NCBI GenBank assembly: GCA_044892525.1
Contig: CM097885.1
Span: 28,706,001 to 28,770,000, forward strand
Direction: 5' to 3'
Length of the DNA stretch: 64,000 nt
Origin: Schmidtea polychroa
Taxonomy: Eukaryota
This document shows, piece after piece, positions 36,618-50,599 of this stretch (position 1 is the first letter of the stretch; the number at the start of each line of letters is the position of its first letter). The notes under the pieces were generated by a model. It was not told the DNA's origin. It made no database searches and was given only the letters and a program-made list of their open reading frames with translations. The translations under genes were made by a program, and so were the position numbers.

Positions 36618-36812
36618 TCTTGAAGCTCTTTTTAATAGATAATAAATTGTTTAAATGGTAATATAATTAAATAAGCATAATGTTGATTTTATGAACTCCA
36701 TAAATACTAGAAGTGATGTGGTTATTAATTATAAATACACATTTGGCCCTCCGTGTTTTGCTATTTATATTCCATAAAGATCGTATGTCGATTATATATG
36801 CACAGTCCTGGG

Positions 36813-38178
36813 CAGTGGCGTACCTAGGGTGGGCAAATTTTGTTAGTGGGCAAAAAGGACCTTCGCTGTTTTGAAAATACTTAGAACTAAGATTTATTAT
36901 TTCTATTCTCAACGCATCAGTTACGATTGCCCTTCTTAAACTTAAGAAGACCGATATCATGTTCTTCAATCGCTCTAGATATGGGATTTTTTATATTTTC
37001 TGCGTCTTTGGACATCAAGTCTTTATTTACTTCAACATCATCAGTATTTATTTCTTTGTCAGATCCACCTTCTAATTCTTCAGAAGTAGCATAATTTCTA
37101 GAATTAGTATTCTCTGAAGACCTTGTCAAAATATTTTCAGTTGTCTTTTATTGCATCATTATATTCTTTAGAATTTGCAGAATTTTCAGGACATTCTAAA
37201 GAAATCGTGTTTGTGCTTTATTTTTTAAAAAACGTTTTTAAAATTTGATGCTTTTTTCTACTTCTTTTGCTTCTAAAAGCGTCCTTTTCGACCTACAGTT
37301 TCACTTTCTTTCTTCTTCTCAAATGAACGTTTCAGAGCTCTCAATTCTCAGGTACTATTTTCTAAAGTATAAAAAAGAAAACAGTTATTTATAATTTGCA
37401 ATTTGCGGAAAATAATATCGTTTTAAATACGAACACTGATTAACAGCCATTTTTAAAAAATCACGAAATAAAATTTTATAAACATATGAATAAATATATG
37501 ATATTCTTCAAGAAGTACATCATTTACAAATTTCATTTCAATATCAATATAAGAAATTAACATTTTTATTAATGTTCCCTCTTAGTAGAATAGAATTTAA
37601 ATTTAAAACCAATTTTAACTACTTAAAAAAATAAAAAAATATATATTTACCTTAATCTCTTAGATTTATAAAAAACACTGGCCACTTTAACACTTAACGA
37701 ATTTGTCATTTAAAACGTAATTTAGATATTATTCAGGATCGATTCAATCGAAAAACGATCAACTATGTATAGACGAAAATCAAATGCGAACGAATTTTGA
37801 ATTGAGCAACAGACTGCAAAGAGACCGATTCTCGTTTATCGTACCTACATTAGAATACCGATGCACGTGCTACGCATCGGTGATTCCCCATATTCCGAAC
37901 GGCTTTAGCACAGAACACAACACAAGCTACTATAATGCATTTTTTTTTTCAAATACAAAATCGCATTTGTAGAGAGAAAGAGAGCTAGAGGCATATAGAA
38001 CATGGACAAACAAACGAAAAACGAATATGTGCTTTTTCCTACGCAGTTTTTTAATACACATATTTATATCTATTAAAACATTTTTTTATTTTTATTTGCG
38101 TATTTATACGTTTGGCGCTTTTTCGAGCCACCCTCAGTTGCCACGTGCCATGCCTGCCATACCCTAGTTACACTTCTG
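36813..38178 (-). mobile_element. Internally deleted hAT (ZMYM/TTF-type) derivative
   Basis: Imperfect termini CAGTGGCGTACCTAGGGT / CAGAAGTGTAACTAGGGT (14/18); N-terminal transposase-like AIVTDALRIEII..YFQNSEGPF; no TSD match. Confidence 0.5.
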
Positions 38179-38880
38179 TAAACATGGAATTCATATATTT
38201 ACTCTCATTTTAAATCTAGAATTGAGAGCAATCGTCTGTATTGTAGTCTTATTGTTAGTTATTTATTAGTTATTTATTGTGAGTACTTATATTTCGATAT
38301 GTAGGAGAAGTCTGTAGAACCCGACAGCGTCTCCAGTAAAAAAATGCGACGGACAGTTGGGGTACTTTTATGTATATTGACAAAGATATAAAATCACAAA
38401 TAATAATTATTACAATTTTATTAACAAAAATAGGAATAAGTTATGATTGAAATTGGTTTAGTTGTAATTGAGCGAGTTTTAAGTTATTATTGTAGAACTT
38501 GGATTGAGCTCACGGCTCCACTAAAGTTCATCACTAGTCACAATAATATTTATTTTCTATAATATTCCCACACTATGCTTATAATAAGACACAAATGTCA
38601 TGTAAACGAAATTTGGCTCATTAATGGTTTAAAATTATTTATTTCATTGTCAAATTTATAAGATTAAGTTTATAAAGTTAAAGTTTTAAAATAATGCATC
38701 ATTCAATATGAAAAAGTTGATTTTCAGATAATATTGTCGATTAAAATTAAGTTATTAGTCGAAAATTCAAAGCAATACGTTTAATATTTAATATAGAATA
38801 AAGTTTTAAATTATTATAAGAAATTTTTGTCAAATTTCACCACTGATTTCTTTTCCATTATATTTATTAAAAAGCTTGAA

Positions 38881-38925
38881 TGAATCAGTAAATATATCGA
38901 TGTTTTTGATATATTTACTGATTCA
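38881..38925. repeat. Hairpin repeat family, copy 3 (18-bp arms, 9-nt loop)
   Basis: Directly visible; upstream flank AATTTCACCACTGATTT..TTTATTAAAAAG shared with copy 2. Confidence 0.9.
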
Positions 38926-39212
38926 GTCTTCAAGCCTTTTAGTAAAGTTTTAAAAGAAATACTTTTAATTGGAAAACGTAAACATTATTCGATAAAGTCG
39001 ATTTTCAGACAATATTGAAATAAAAATTCCATTTTGTCGATTAAAATAAATTAAAATTAAATTTCCAATATCAGATAATTATGCAATATTACAAAAAAAT
39101 AATTTACATTGAAAATGTAACAGATGAATAATATATGTATAATATCTAACAAATGTAAATTTCCGAAATATGACCTAGGAAATATACAAAATTAATAAAG
39201 CTAAAAACTTAC

Positions 39213-39478
39213 TGAATGATGTATTGGCTTTAGTAATGAATTCAATCAAGTCGGCCCGATTGATGTGATTAGCACTAGACAGACCATATTTATGAAAATT
39301 CAATTTTGCCAAATGATGAAATCGACACCTTGAGTTGGATGTTTTGTAATGTTTATCGGTAACAATCATGTTGCTTGCCATGCCAGGTGCTCCAAGTTTA
39401 ATCCAATCGTCAAGTGGTAAGTTAGATGGTCGCTTAATGAAATGAGTTTTTTTAAACAAATTACACTGTGCTTCAGGA
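39213..39478 (-). CDS. Internal coding exon of an unidentified gene
   Basis: TAG acceptor, GTAAGT donor, open frame PEAQCNLFKKTHFIKRPSNLPLDDWIKLGAPGMASN..EFITKANTSF. Confidence 0.55.
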
Positions 39479-40500
39479 CTAAATGTAATAATAACATTAT
39501 AATTAATTAAAAAATTTTTCGAATAATTAAAATTACACCAAACAGGCGTGGTTCTAACTAAACGCTAATATAGCTGAAGCTTTAGACTCCGGACACAAAA
39601 AAGCTCTGAACCCTTTCAATGAAGTTTTTTTATATTTTATAACAAAGTTTTGTTTGTACATATTGTTATTGTACCGTTTGGAACTACTTTAAATTGGATT
39701 CCTACATATTTATTTTAATTTATCTTTATGAAGACATTTGGAAAACATGAATGTATTAACAACTTATTGTTAAATTTATCGCTGAAATAAATAATATTTA
39801 ATAAATTTTATTGATACTTTTATTAAAATGGCATTTTTTTTCTAAATGTTTTTTTTTAAATTGTCATGTTTTATTTATAAATATGTAAATAACCTATTTA
39901 ACAATGTTTTTTGTTTTAATGTATACACACTTTTTACTTGATTTAATATTTTGATTTTGTTTTTATTTTTAATTTCATTTATTCAGGAGCACACACAAAC
40001 ATTTACTACAAACTTATTAAATTTTTAAATACAGCTTTTAGAAACATCCAGACATCCATTTCATGTACGTTTGCTTAGATTTGGGGTAATCAACCTTTTA
40101 CTCACGAAATCTTAATTTTCAAAATAAATTTTTATGTTTCTTAATTCAACAAATTCAAGAATCCGTTTTCAAAGAAAATTGACACAGGGTCAACTTTTAT
40201 TTATTTAGAATAAAACAAAGTCTCATAATAGCCAAATCTTTCAAAAAATTGGACATTATATAGGTACTCTTTCATACATAGAATGCTCCGGGAACTCCTC
40301 AAAAGTTTTAAGGAACCCATTTTGAAGAACCCCGATTCAGATAGTGTCAAATTTTAGGCGCCTTGGAACTTATATAGGTTCAAAAAAGGATATTATTTTA
40401 TTAAATGTTTTTTCATTTACTATTTTAATTAAAACAAATTAAACTAAAATTTATACATTGAAGACGAAAACATTACACTTTTTTATCTAAACAAATAAAT

Positions 40501-40684
40501 NNNNNNNNNNNNNNNNNNNNNNNNNNNNNNNNNNNNNNNNNNNNNNNNNNNNNNNNNNNNNNNNNNNNNNNNNNNNNNNNNNNNNNNNNNNNNNNNNNNN
40601 NNNNNNNNNNNNNNNNNNNNNNNNNNNNNNNNNNNNNNNNNNNNNNNNNNNNNNNNNNNNNNNNNNNNNNNNNNNNNNNNNNNN
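40501..40684. other. Assembly gap (184 N)
   Basis: N run. Confidence 1.
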
Positions 40685-41055
40685 AAATTTGTCTTAACCT
40701 CATACCTGAATCTAATTTGTGTTTATATTTTTTTAATTTATTTTATTTACTTTAGTTATATTCGACATTTTAACAATTAAAATTAAAATTTATATTATTC
40801 CTGATTTTTAAAATTTATATTTATCACAATATTACAACCAAAAAATGTTTCACTGTAAATATTAAATTAAATTAAGACATGGGTTAAAGTACTTATTGAT
40901 GATGTAAGTATTATTAATGAGAAATTCGTCATGTTGTTTTATTAAATGAGACTACGGAAGAGTTTTTATTTTAATAAATTTATATTTACAACTTAGTTTT
41001 TTTCAGAACAATTACATTTATCTTTAACTTCTAAATCTTAGATTAATAGATAAAT

Positions 41056-44000
41056 TTACTCTTTTGGATTAAACAATCTCTGTAGGTTGGTAAAGACAGA
41101 ATTTGTCTTCTTTGGATCTGTCTCATAGTACGATGGAAATGATTCTTCGCCAGATTTAACTTTTTTCATTACAACTGGACTGATAAATGGCAAATAAAAT
41201 GCTGTCGGACCATAAATTTTCCGGAAGTCATTATATGGATTACTTAGATGTTGTTGTTTTATAAAACCTGATATTTTAAAAGGCCGAGCTTCATGTAATT
41301 CATATTCAAGGTATCTTAAAATAAATAAAATACAAATATTGTATGAAAACGTTGGAAAACAACAACTTCTTTGTGACATTCTAAAACCTTAGTAAAATTA
41401 CTATTTTTGCCAGATTTTATGAAAAATTGGTTAATAATATCTGACCCCTGTTCTGCAATTATCTTATATAAATTGTAAATCATATTTAATGACAAACAGT
41501 AGTAAATAAAGTCATATCTGGAGCACCTTTGGCTTCCTAAATTATTTTTTTGAAGACAGTAGCTTTGACTGGTAGCAGAAATATATCTCATATCTATATG
41601 GATCGAAATTTAAGCCTTAAAATTTACTTAAAATTAAACATCTTACCTGAAAGCCATTTCTAATGAAAAATAAAATTCATTAAATTGGTGAGTCACCAAT
41701 TGTAGACCAATTTGTAGACCACTAAGAACTGTTTCCTATAATATAAGAAAAAAAACAAACTTGATTCATAGAAATGCACCACTGAGATACATTTCTATAA
41801 CTTTATTTTAGACAATTTTTAGAAAAAAAAGATTGCTGAAAATTTTAAAAGTATATTTTTAATGAAAATATCAAGAGCAGATGAATTTGGTTCAATGAAT
41901 TTTCAATCTAGATTTGATTTCCTGAAAGAAGCCCTTCATATTGAGGTCAGAAAAAAATTACAAAAATTAAAAAAAATCATTTTATTTATATTCGGCGTTT
42001 TTCCGCAAAATACTTTAGAAAAATACATATTTTTGGTGATTGATTTATTTATTTAATTATAATTAAAATTATATCTGATCATTATTATATCAAATTATAT
42101 CAAATCATACCACGATATCGGGCATTCGTATACTAAAAATTATGTTAAAATATATACTACTTATTAAAATTAATTCCGTCCGCAAACGGTTAAAATGACT
42201 TCAATAAATTCAAATTGATCTTAAAAAAAGCAATTGTAAAATATCAAAATCAAAAAAACTTTTCATCAGGAACAAAAATGTCATCTTCTTCTCCTTCAAT
42301 TTTCGGTTGAAGTATTTCTGCATCTAACTGTATTGGTTTCTAATTAAACAATTAAAACAAATTAAAATTTAAAATAAAAACCAATAATAGTGGGTCTCTG
42401 AAATAGTTAGGACGTTTTTCTGGGATAACGATTTTCTCATCTGATATCTTAGGCTTTAAGCTTTCATCAACATCACTCACACCTAAAAGAGAAACTTTCT
42501 CCACTGACCCTGATGAAACACTCTTTTCTATTGGTGAAAGCTCAAAAATGTCTGTACTAATCTTGCTGACTAATGAGTAAAAATATTTTAAATCAAAACA
42601 AAATTTAATTAAAATATAATCTATTTCTATTAAAATGATCAATATTGCCAAATATTGATTTATAGTCTGAAATGAAGATAATGGATATTGATAGAATGGA
42701 TTTTATAGAACACATAATTTATTTAAGATACTTTTGAATTTAATGAAATTGGAAAATAGAAATTGATTTTAAAAATTAAAAATAAAAATAATATTATTAA
42801 CACTGTGAGATGAATGTAATAATTTTATCCAATGAATTTATCTTTAACATAAATATGTATACTTTATCTATAATATTATATATTAATTATATATAAAATT
42901 GAAGGATATTGACATCGCTTAGAATATAAAAAATATATTATTGAATTTTTCAAGTTTTATTTGAAGTTTGTTTTAATAATAAATATTATGAAAATTTTGT
43001 GATTATTTGAAAATTATTATGATAAATAAAAATAAAATTTAAATAACCATAATAAAAATTATTAATCGAATAATATTGTTGTTAGTGTGTTCGATATTTT
43101 AAAATTTGGAAAATATTTCAAAAATTATCAATTTATTTTTCATAAATATTAAAGATTAATAATAATATTGAAATTATTTAAACCTACGCATAGGATCTTG
43201 TAATATCGTGGGCAAGGAAGGATGATAATATTTTAGCTCTAATTTATCAGGAGATTCCACTTTTACGAGTGAAACACTGCGTCGATTAATTTCTTCTACA
43301 TTTCCCCGAATTATTGTATCGACTCCTGAACTGAGAATTTGATACGGTTGAAAACAATGGAAGCCCATGTCGCTTAGAATTTTCATTTGGTTTTGCACCT
43401 GAAAGTTTATCATAATTATACAATCATAATACAAACAAATATATAAACTAAACAAACCAAAATATTCAAGCGAATTATTTTAAAATGAACACTTGATAAT
43501 AAAAAAATGATAGTTTAATTGGTTCTTTTAACATAATGCGTTTTTTATAAAGTAAGAGTTTCCAATTATTCGTGACTCGCAACTCCTTCTCTATATAGTT
43601 TTTTTTATCATAAACCCCAATACCGATATAATCTAAAATTACATAATGATTTGCGGTCATAATTCAATGTGCTTAAAAATATTTCGGTTATTATCATATA
43701 ATCACAATTCCCATGAGTAGTAGTCTACTTTGATTTCACAAAAATAGTCATCGGATTTCAAAAGTTAATAGCTCATTCGATTTGCAAAAACTTCCTCTAC
43801 AAATTGATTTCACCTATTTACTAGACAAATTCTACTGAAACTATTTTTAATTTCTCGTTCAATATTTTCGACATATTTCAACGATATATAGTTCATTCGA
43901 TTCGTAACAACACCTACGTTACTTTTTATCTTTTACCATTTCTCATTTATTTTCTAGAAGATAATAATAATTACCTTATCGATAATTACTTTTAATTTCC

Positions 44001-47000
44001 TTTTCTAAAACTCATTTTTAGACATTTCTCCTTGATGATTAGTAATAAGTAGATGAATTGTATACTTGTTAATTATTAAAATGAATGATTAATACTATTG
44101 TTATTATTTGAATTATTTCTCTTTTTCTGAAAGAGTAATAAGTTTTATATTAATTTTCAAAGTTTTCTATTAATTAGAATTATATTTTTCTTCTTTTAAC
44201 CAGTTAAATAAATCGAAGAAAACGAAAATTTATTAAATCCAATTTACTAAATGCAAATATTTAGTACAAGCACATTTGCAAAGTTATTGAATTACGTTTT
44301 GCACCCTATCACAATCACAATTTATAAATTAACTAGATTTAACCCGTTAAAATCACGTGATGTACTGACCCAATTTATAACAATATTTGTTATGAGAATG
44401 TTGGTTTGCAACTTACCGGCATGTGTTTGTAATATCATTGCTATATATAACTATGACAAGGTCAACAAAAGTTATGAATATACGGATGTGCATACAATAA
44501 TAATTATAAATGTTGATGATTATTATTATATTATAGCTAGATTTATTATTATTATTGCTGAATTTTCATTCAAACGTATCTCAAGTTTCTGCCAGTTAGA
44601 ACAATTATAGCATAGGCATTGCATGTTTCAATCAAAATGAGTCAATTTCTCTCTTATGTTTTGGATTCAGTGCTCTTCTATTGCAATTCTTAATTCATTG
44701 TAAAATGTATGATGCTGATATCATCCCAGTTAGTAAATACCATGTTTAATGGAATAATTTGACGTCAAAATACCTCTCTTAGATTATGCTTCATCACCTA
44801 CGTAGCTATCATTCTAACTCATTCCAACAATGTCACCTTGATGACGAGGTATTCCGATAATAATCCCAAAAACCACTCTTGAAGCATCATGACCTCCAAA
44901 TCCGGTTTTGCACACACCAGATACATTGCCAATTACTAAGGCAGCAAAATCATCAAACATTTTAACATTGAATTAATTAGTCTCCAAGAAAAAGTCACAA
45001 AAGATCGATCAATATCCAATTTCAAAATAATGTGGTCAAAAATGTAATTGTGCGCACACACCAAAGAAAGATTGCTGATTCAATCAGAACGCAAGTTGTA
45101 AGCAAATACGAAAAATGTCTTCTATTAATAACTATAAGAATTACCTGAATTAAATGAAATATTGTGTACTGACATATGTAAGTAATAAATAATGATTATT
45201 TTATAATAATTATATATAAATCTTAATGTATATGTTGAATACGTACAATGGTAATGATATAAGTTGATTGCAATTAAATCAACACTTAAAAACCTTAAAA
45301 ATCTCAAAAACTATCAATATTATTTGATAAATATTTTGTTTTATTATTGTTTTGCCTTTCAAATACATAGAATAATATCAACAAATGAATTCGACAAATT
45401 CATCAAAAACTAATTCACTTATATATTCCATTGAGGCAAATATAATTATTATAAATAGTTTCTCAGTTTATTAAAACATTCTATTCAGCGAAAAAAATAA
45501 TCAAAAAATTACTTACTTCAGGTGGATATAATGAACAGGCATTTTTCTACAAAAAAATAATTACTAAAATCCATTGAATAATATTCAATTAAATTTAGTT
45601 TTTTACTCACTATTTTTTATGAAATATTTCTTATTTTTATTAGAATTTATTTTTTTAATTATCTTTTTCTTTTAAATTATCAAAATATTTTAATAATATA
45701 TACTGTATATATAAATAAATTAATTAAAATTAATTATTCTGATAAATGATTTTAAAAGCAAAACATGCACGAATATTTTGTTCTTGTCTATTAAAGACAC
45801 CCATATAAACAAATTCCAAAATTGTGCATAACAGTGAAATAAAGTGTTTACTGATCAGTAAATGTTTATTTATTAACTTTATATAGTGTGATTGACCATA
45901 CTTCCATTTGGGAATTTTCACTGCTTTTTTAAATTGCTTACGGACTCCTGTCTCGTGTACTTCTTGTTTTCTTTTGGTTTCAAAATACACTTAAAGTAAA
46001 ACAAACCAAATTTTACTGTTTTCCTCGATTTTCAAATGATATATTCAAGTTTATTAGCATTTTCTTAGTTACTTCTTATTCTTATGAAAATGAATCACAA
46101 TTTTATCAACTCTGAAAAATATTTATTTGGTTTTTTTTAGAAATAATTATTTTATATTTCACCCCAACTAAATTCTTTTTTTTTAATTTGCATTTCCTTT
46201 TCATTCAGTCACTTAATCGACTGATAGTATTTTTTTATTTCATTTTTTATATGACTTGGTATGACTCAATTTGTTCATTTGAAATTGATATTTTTATATA
46301 ATATTTTTGGTATGACATTAGGCTTTTTTCCACAATTTATCACCAGTTATTTCTATTTATTCCACTCTATGTTAATATTCTTCATAATGAAAAAAATAAC
46401 TTTTAAAGAAAAAGAATTAAAAATGAAGTTTAAAATTAAATACAAGTTTTCCTTCTATAACACGGTTTTCCACAACTAGGTGGAGAGCAATTTTTGGTTA
46501 GGGAATAACACGATTTTTCTATAAAAATGCCTTGTATATAATTTGTATTGCATTTTTTACAATGTATAGTTTTCTATAAAAACAAAAATTACATACTTCT
46601 TATGGACTTATATTGCTACACTATTTCTATACCATAAATGCAGACTTATTTGAAATCAGGGTCGGTTGTAGGTACTGCGTGACCTCGGGAAAAGATTATA
46701 TGCGGGGCCCCTTTCCAAAAAGGAAGAAATGATACATGAACATAATTTTATTGATTTATTTAATGAAATATTTATTTCCTCAATATTTTCAATAATATAC
46801 ATGCATAAACATAATATTTTGCATTCTTATTTCGTACAAACATTTTGTACTGTTAATTCCTCGATAATATCATCAAAATTTGTTTGTTTTGCTACCCACT
46901 GCTCTAATGATAACATAACTCTAAGGCAGCTCCTTTAACCGATCTTGTCGCATGGTTGATCTTAGATAATTTTTAATTAACTTCAATTTGGAAAAACTGC

Positions 47001-50000
47001 GTTCGGCTGAAGCTACACACAGACTTTGTCAACGAAGTTGTGTATATGCGCAATACGTACATTGTTCTTTCACTTTACACAGCATCTGCAGCAGATACGG
47101 AGGCAGCAAATGACATGAAATGTACATTCATGTAAAGAAACAACCTTAACAAGTGAGATGTTAATGCATGGAAAGACCTACTTGTAAAAGATGTTGCATT
47201 TGGTGTCAAAAACTTGCCTTAGCTACTAATAATTGTTAGAAATATATAAACGCGGGGCCTCGGGAAAAATCACCGAAGTCCGGACCTCTGAGCCGGCTCC
47301 CTTTGAAATAAAATCAAAATAAATTAATAGAATGTAATAAACTTCATTAGAAAAAAATAAATTCAGTAAATAAGTATATTTATTTTTAAATTAAAAACTG
47401 TAAAAAAGTCATTAAATGGGAAAAATAAAATTTAATTAGTTTTAACACATTTGTCTTGATGCCTGTCATGGTGAACGGCATTGAATACACAACCGTTTAT
47501 ATGAAATATAAAATTTTATACTATAAAAATAAATCAATAAACTTATATTATTGAAACATACAAACTCGCCTATGTGTTAAACTTTCATTTTTCATGAAGG
47601 AAAACTCTTATATATAAATTAATAAGTATCAGAAAAACTGAATACACAGATATTAAAAAAAAAACATTTGATATACAGAAATGTTTTATAGAATAAAAAG
47701 GTTTTGAAAATGTTATTATTCGGAAGTGGCAGAATTCAATACCGAAAACACTGCTTAAGTAAGTTTAAAATAAATATGAGTTGTAAAAATACCTATAAAT
47801 GATGGAAATGAATTTCATTTTAAACAGTTAATATGAATAACAAAATGTTCGTTTATCTCTATAATTTACAAATTTTGAGAGGAAAACTTTAATAAAATCA
47901 AAAAACCCTTAAAAACATTAATTAATAAATATTCGCCATTTTTGCTCAAAATGGATAAATAAAAGAAAAATATGCGATTAATATTATAAAAACATTAAAT
48001 TTAAGTTGAAAATTATTAAAACTCTAAATTGTAAAAATCCCAAAAGAAATAAATTCATAATTTGAATGGAAATAATTGATGACAATATAATTGTTAAGGA
48101 TAATCACATATTACACTCTTCTATTGTTATCAAATTAAAAATTACTAAATTTTAATTTTTAAAAATATTTTTTTATTTCAATATATCTTTTTTATTTTCA
48201 ATATCTTAGTAAAATATACTTTATTTTTCAATAATTTCTCAAATTCTGAAGCTTCTGCTATTTCGAATTTTTTCAATATTTCTATGTATTTCTCTATTTT
48301 CTTCTGTTTTATATATGATGTTCTAATGGCTTCTTCGAAATTTTGATTGCCAATATCTACAACAGGGTGAATAATTGGAGTTTTTTCGTCAATCTTAATC
48401 ATGAGTTTTTTTGAGTCACTTGAATCCTGAGTGGGTTCACTTTTAGAGTCTTCTTGAAGCAAATCTACCAGTTGTACTAAAATTCCCATAGACAAAATTA
48501 CATTGGATTGCCGGTGGTGCTTTGAGGTACTAAAAGTCATTTAAACATTTAAATTATTGACATAAAAATTTTTCTACATTTTTAATATTTAACTACAAAT
48601 AATTAAATAAATATGAAAATTATAATTAAAATATTAAATATACAATTTCCCATTAATGTAAATGTTTGTTTATTATGATAAACTTTTATCATGACAGAAA
48701 TTTGGTTAAAAATAACTATTTATTTAAATATGGTAAAAAGTCGTATAGAAATATATTTTTTAATTTTACAAATATAAAATTCTTCAAAGTGTAAATCTGT
48801 CTTTTTTCTTTTTATTAAATAGTTAACTTTTATCTTATCTGTTTTCCATTTTATAAAATAATTTTGCTCGGATTTCTTTAAATTTTTGCATAATAAATAT
48901 TGATCCAAGTTTTTTATATTTTTTATGCGTACTTAGCCGGGATGCGTACCACATTTTTTGCGTACTTAAGCGGGAGGTTACTGTATTGTACTCAGGTGTC
49001 TAATTAATAAAAAACTTATATATAAAAAAAATAATTTCAATTTGCGTCGTTTTGAATTACGTCGTGTTTTTCTGGTCCCAATAAAGGAAGCAAATTTTTG
49101 TGGTAAATCTTGTGTTGTGCCTGCATTAATTAAAAAGGAGCCTTGTTGATGTCCTCAACTATATATTTGTTTCGTAATTTGGGGCCATAACAGTATTTTA
49201 TTCATTCTGAATTTGAAGGCTTCAATATTTAATACATCCTTTGTGTTTTTGTAAAATGTCTTTGAGGACTTCACCATATTTTGCAAGAAACTTCGTAATT
49301 TCATAACATTTGCTGTTCATTTCATCATGACCAGGAAACGCCAATCAGTCATATACATGCCTACCGACTTTATACCGTTACGCATCAAAACCTTCTATAT
49401 CCTGAATATTATTATTTCTTCGTATTAAAAAATCTAAGCAACTTTACAATTCAAATAATTTCATTGTCATATTTTTTACTTAGTGCACGCCACTTTACAA
49501 TAATTCCATAATGTCATTTACAACGTTTATACATCTTTTTTGCACATCCATAGTTGTGCTAGACATTTGATTCCAATCCTAAAATTCTGATTTATTTAAT
49601 AGAAATTAAAAGTTTTAAAAAACATTTTAAAATTACAAAACGATAACATGACTAACTCTGCAACAACAATAATTTCATCAGCGATTTCTTCCAATCTCTG
49701 CAAATTAGTTTCAGCATTTAAAGAATTAGCGAGATCCTTTATCGTTTCCACATATTTGTGTTCCAATTTTTCTGCAATCTCGATTTCTTCTGGACTCAGG
49801 TGTTCACTTTCTCTTTTTGAGCTCTGTATAGATTTTTCACTAATATCTCTAGTAATGTATTTTTCACTAATTTCGGCCAAAACATCTGCTTCTTCTTCTG
49901 TGTTTCGTTCATAAGAAGGGGAGCCACCATCATAATCTTTACCCTTTTGATCCGGCCTTACTTTTATTCGGGTTTTTTTATCAACAATCTTTGATTCAGT

Positions 50001-50006
50001 AAATGT
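41056..50006 (-). CDS. Multi-exon protein-coding gene (or genes) of unknown function; exon candidates 49653-50006, ~48220-48490, ~45860-45990, ~43480-43630, ~43190-43420, ~42380-42560, ~41360-41590, 41056-41310
   Basis: Series of open, splice-site-bounded, GC-richer blocks on one strand (49653-50006 is a clean 118-codon phase 0-0 exon); no family recognised; connectivity unproven. Confidence 0.45.
44610..44960 (-). pseudogene. Actin pseudogene, N-terminal part, intronless
   Basis: [82 protein letters not shown]; stops, frameshifts and small deletions. Confidence 0.92.
46657..47301 (-). mobile_element. Non-autonomous hAT derivative (645 bp)
   Basis: 8-bp TSD TTTGAAAT; termini CAGGGTCGG / CCGGCTCCC; internal [27 protein letters not shown] dimerisation-domain remnant. 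Confidence 0.8.
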
Positions 50007-50599
50007 CTAAAAATATAAATATATAAAAAGTCATCAAAAATGAGCTTTATGATAATAATAACTCATTAGATAGCATACAAACAAATATTGGCTAGACCTT
50101 GGCTAAAATAATTTAACACTCATTCTGAGTTTAATATTTTACCCAAAATTTAGTTTGGGGTCATTTTTGAACCCATTCCAATAAGTTTAAATTTCAACGA
50201 CATAGAATGTATTCTTATTAAACTAAAATAAAATAATATAAATTCACAGTTAAATCTTTATTTGTTTATTAGGTGTAACCTAATACTTCTAAATCGCTGG
50301 TTTGTCCTGAACGAGTTAATTTATATATCGTGTCTGTGTGCGCGTTGATTATTTTTTGGTTTATCTGTTGGGTGCGCACACTGACGCGAGACAATGTTTT
50401 TTTAATCGAGTCGAGTTGTAATTGTGATTGGTTTTGGTGATGGGTTTTAATTATAACTTTCGAATTCTGAAAGGATATTTTCTATATTTGTTTGGTCAAA
50501 CTAATTCGATTGATTTCTTGGATTTTGGAGTTTTTTTCCTTGTGATTAATAAACTTTTAAATATTGAAATTGGTTTTTTCTTAAAAATTGATAATGGTT

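Noticed and set aside
40473-40703. ORF spanning Xs
   Set aside because: Artefact of the N gap
44610-44960. TAA/TAG at Gln positions suggesting a ciliate-type genetic code
   Set aside because: PK, PPIE and the kinase end in TAA, conserved genes have no in-frame TAR codons, and the actin copy also has frameshifts; C-to-T decay is sufficient
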